From: an uncultured Chloroflexia bacterium
GTDB lineage: Bacteria; Chloroflexota; Limnocylindria; Limnocylindrales; CSP1-4
NCBI GenBank assembly: GCA_963813335.1
Contig: CAWEYL010000001.1
Coordinates: 32,001-96,000 of the forward strand
DNA length: 64,000 nucleotides
Direction of reading: 5' to 3'
Shown here: piece after piece, positions 62,701 through 64,000 of the stretch
Layout: each line of letters starts with the position of its first letter
Position numbering within the stretch: position 1 is the first letter of the stretch
The notes under the pieces: model-generated
The model's database searches: none
What the model was told of the DNA's origin: nothing
What the model saw: the letters and a program-made list of their open reading frames with translations, nothing else
Made by a program: the position numbers and the translations under genes

Positions 62701-64000
62701 ATGACCCCGCCGATCGGTCCGACCGCCGCGCCGCTGACCGACGCCGGCGTCGTCGAGGCGGCGGGCCGGATCCGCGACGGCGAGTGGACGGCGGTGGCGC
62801 TGACCACCGCATGTCTCGAGCGGATCGACGCGCTGGATCCCTCGGTCCGGGCGTGGGTCCACCTTGATGCGCGAGCCGCCCTCGCCGAGGCGCGCGAGCG
62901 CGATGCCGCCCGCGCGGCCGGGCACGCGCCCGGACCGCTCCATGGCGTGCCGGTCGGGGTCAAGGACATCATCGATGTCGCCGGCATGCCCACCCGGGCC
63001 GGCGCGGCGGCCTTCGCGCACACGTTCCCGTCGAGCGACGCGCCGCTCGTGGCCCGGCTCCGCGCCGCCGGGGCGGTCATCCTCGGCAAGACCCACGCCA
63101 CCCAGTTCGCCTACCGCGACCCGGCCCCCACGCGCAACCCGTGGTCGCTCGGGCACACGCCGGGCGGGTCGTCGTCCGGGTCGGCGGCGGCCGTCGCGGC
63201 GCGGATGGTCCCCGGCGCCATCGGCACGCAGACGGTCGGCTCGATCCTGCGGCCCGCCGCCTACTGCGGCGTCGTCGGCTGCAAGGGGGCGTTCGGCGCG
63301 GTCCCGCTCGAGGGGGTGGTGCCGCTGTCGCGGCCGCTCGACCATGGCGGGCCGATCGCCCGGTCGGTGGCCGACGTCGCGCTGCTCGAGGGCGTGCTGA
63401 CGGGCGAGGCGCTCGAGGTCCGGCCGGCCGTCGCGCCGCGCCTGGGCGTGGTCCGCGCCTCCCTCGACCGGGCGGGACCCGAGCTGCGACGCCACCTCGA
63501 CGAGGTCGTCGCGAGGCTGGCGGATGACGGGGCGCAGGTCGTCGACCTCGCGCTGCCGCCGGCCTTCGACGGCCTGGCCGACGCGGGTCGCGTCCTGCTC
63601 GAGGCCGGCGCGGCCGCGGCCCATGCCACGTGGTTCGCCGCCCGCGGGGCGGAGTACGGGCCGACCATCCGCGACCTCGTCCTCGCCGGGCAGGCGCGGA
63701 CACCTGAGGAGGTCGTCGACGCGGAACGGGTCCGCGCCGCGGCCCGCGAGGCATGGGCCGGGCTCGCGAGCGAGGTGGACGCGCTCGTCACGCCGGTGGC
63801 CGAATTCGGTCGCTCCGACCCTCGTCGAGGGGACCGGCGACGGCTCGCTGTGCGCGCCGTGGAGCACGCTCGGCGTCCCGGCGATCTCGCTGCCGACGGG
63901 CCTCGATGCGACCGGGCTGCCGTTCGCGGTCCAGCTCGTCGGGACCGTGGACGACCTGCGGCCGCTCCTCGGTGTCGCCACCTGGGCCGAGCGATCGCTC
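62701..64000 (+). CDS. Amidase-signature family protein (runs off the window; frameshift near 63810)
   Basis: Manual translation: PLHGVPVGVKD, GKTH, TRNPW..TPGGSSSGSAAAVA, GTQTVGSILRPAAYCG. Confidence 0.88.
   Translation, partial: MTPPIGPTAAPLTDAGVVEAAGRIRDGEWTAVALTTACLERIDALDPSVRAWVHLDARAALAEARERDAARAAGHAPGPLHGVPVGVKDIIDVAGMPTRAGAAAFAHTFPSSDAPLVARLRAAGAVILGKTHATQFAYRDPAPTRNPWSLGHTPGGSSSGSAAAVAARMVPGAIGTQTVGSILRPAAYCGVVGCKGAFGAVPLEGVVPLSRPLDHGGPIARSVADVALLEGVLTGEALEVRPAVAPRLGVVRASLDRAGPELRRHLDEVVARLADDGAQVVDLALPPAFDGLADAGRVLLEAGAAAAHATWFAARGAEYGPTIRDLVLAGQARTPEEVVDAERVRAAAREAWAGLASEVDALVTPVAEFGRSDPRRGDRRRLAVRAVEHARRPGDLAADGPRCDRAAVRGPARRDRGRPAAAPRCRHLGRAIA

Overview
A very GC-rich (about 70% or more by eye) bacterial chromosome segment. 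The gene repertoire and the many leaderless genes suggest a monoderm soil or sediment lineage, possibly Chloroflexota such as Limnocylindria (inference only). Contents: three tandem membrane-anchored thermonuclease paralogues; secreted Ig-like and metallopeptidase proteins; a DUF4062-HAD fusion; a B12-dependent ribonucleotide reductase (nrdJ) with NrdR boxes and a phased array of DnaA-box-like motifs; a GT4/GH130 glycosyl cluster; a ROK-regulated amino-sugar ABC/GH3/SIS operon; and ccsA, add, pepA, an M23 peptidase, glgC, a nicotinate phosphoribosyltransferase, nagA and other housekeeping genes. Many genes carry single-base frameshifts, most likely long-read errors. The most striking unexplained signal is a family of five 185-197 bp elements. 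Each has two 36-bp imperfect inverted arms around a spacer of constrained length but divergent sequence, with a positionally fixed GCACG core. One copy is built into the 3' end of an XRE-HTH/PD-(D/E)XK nuclease gene, which makes this a candidate nuclease-driven REPIN/MITE-like selfish system.
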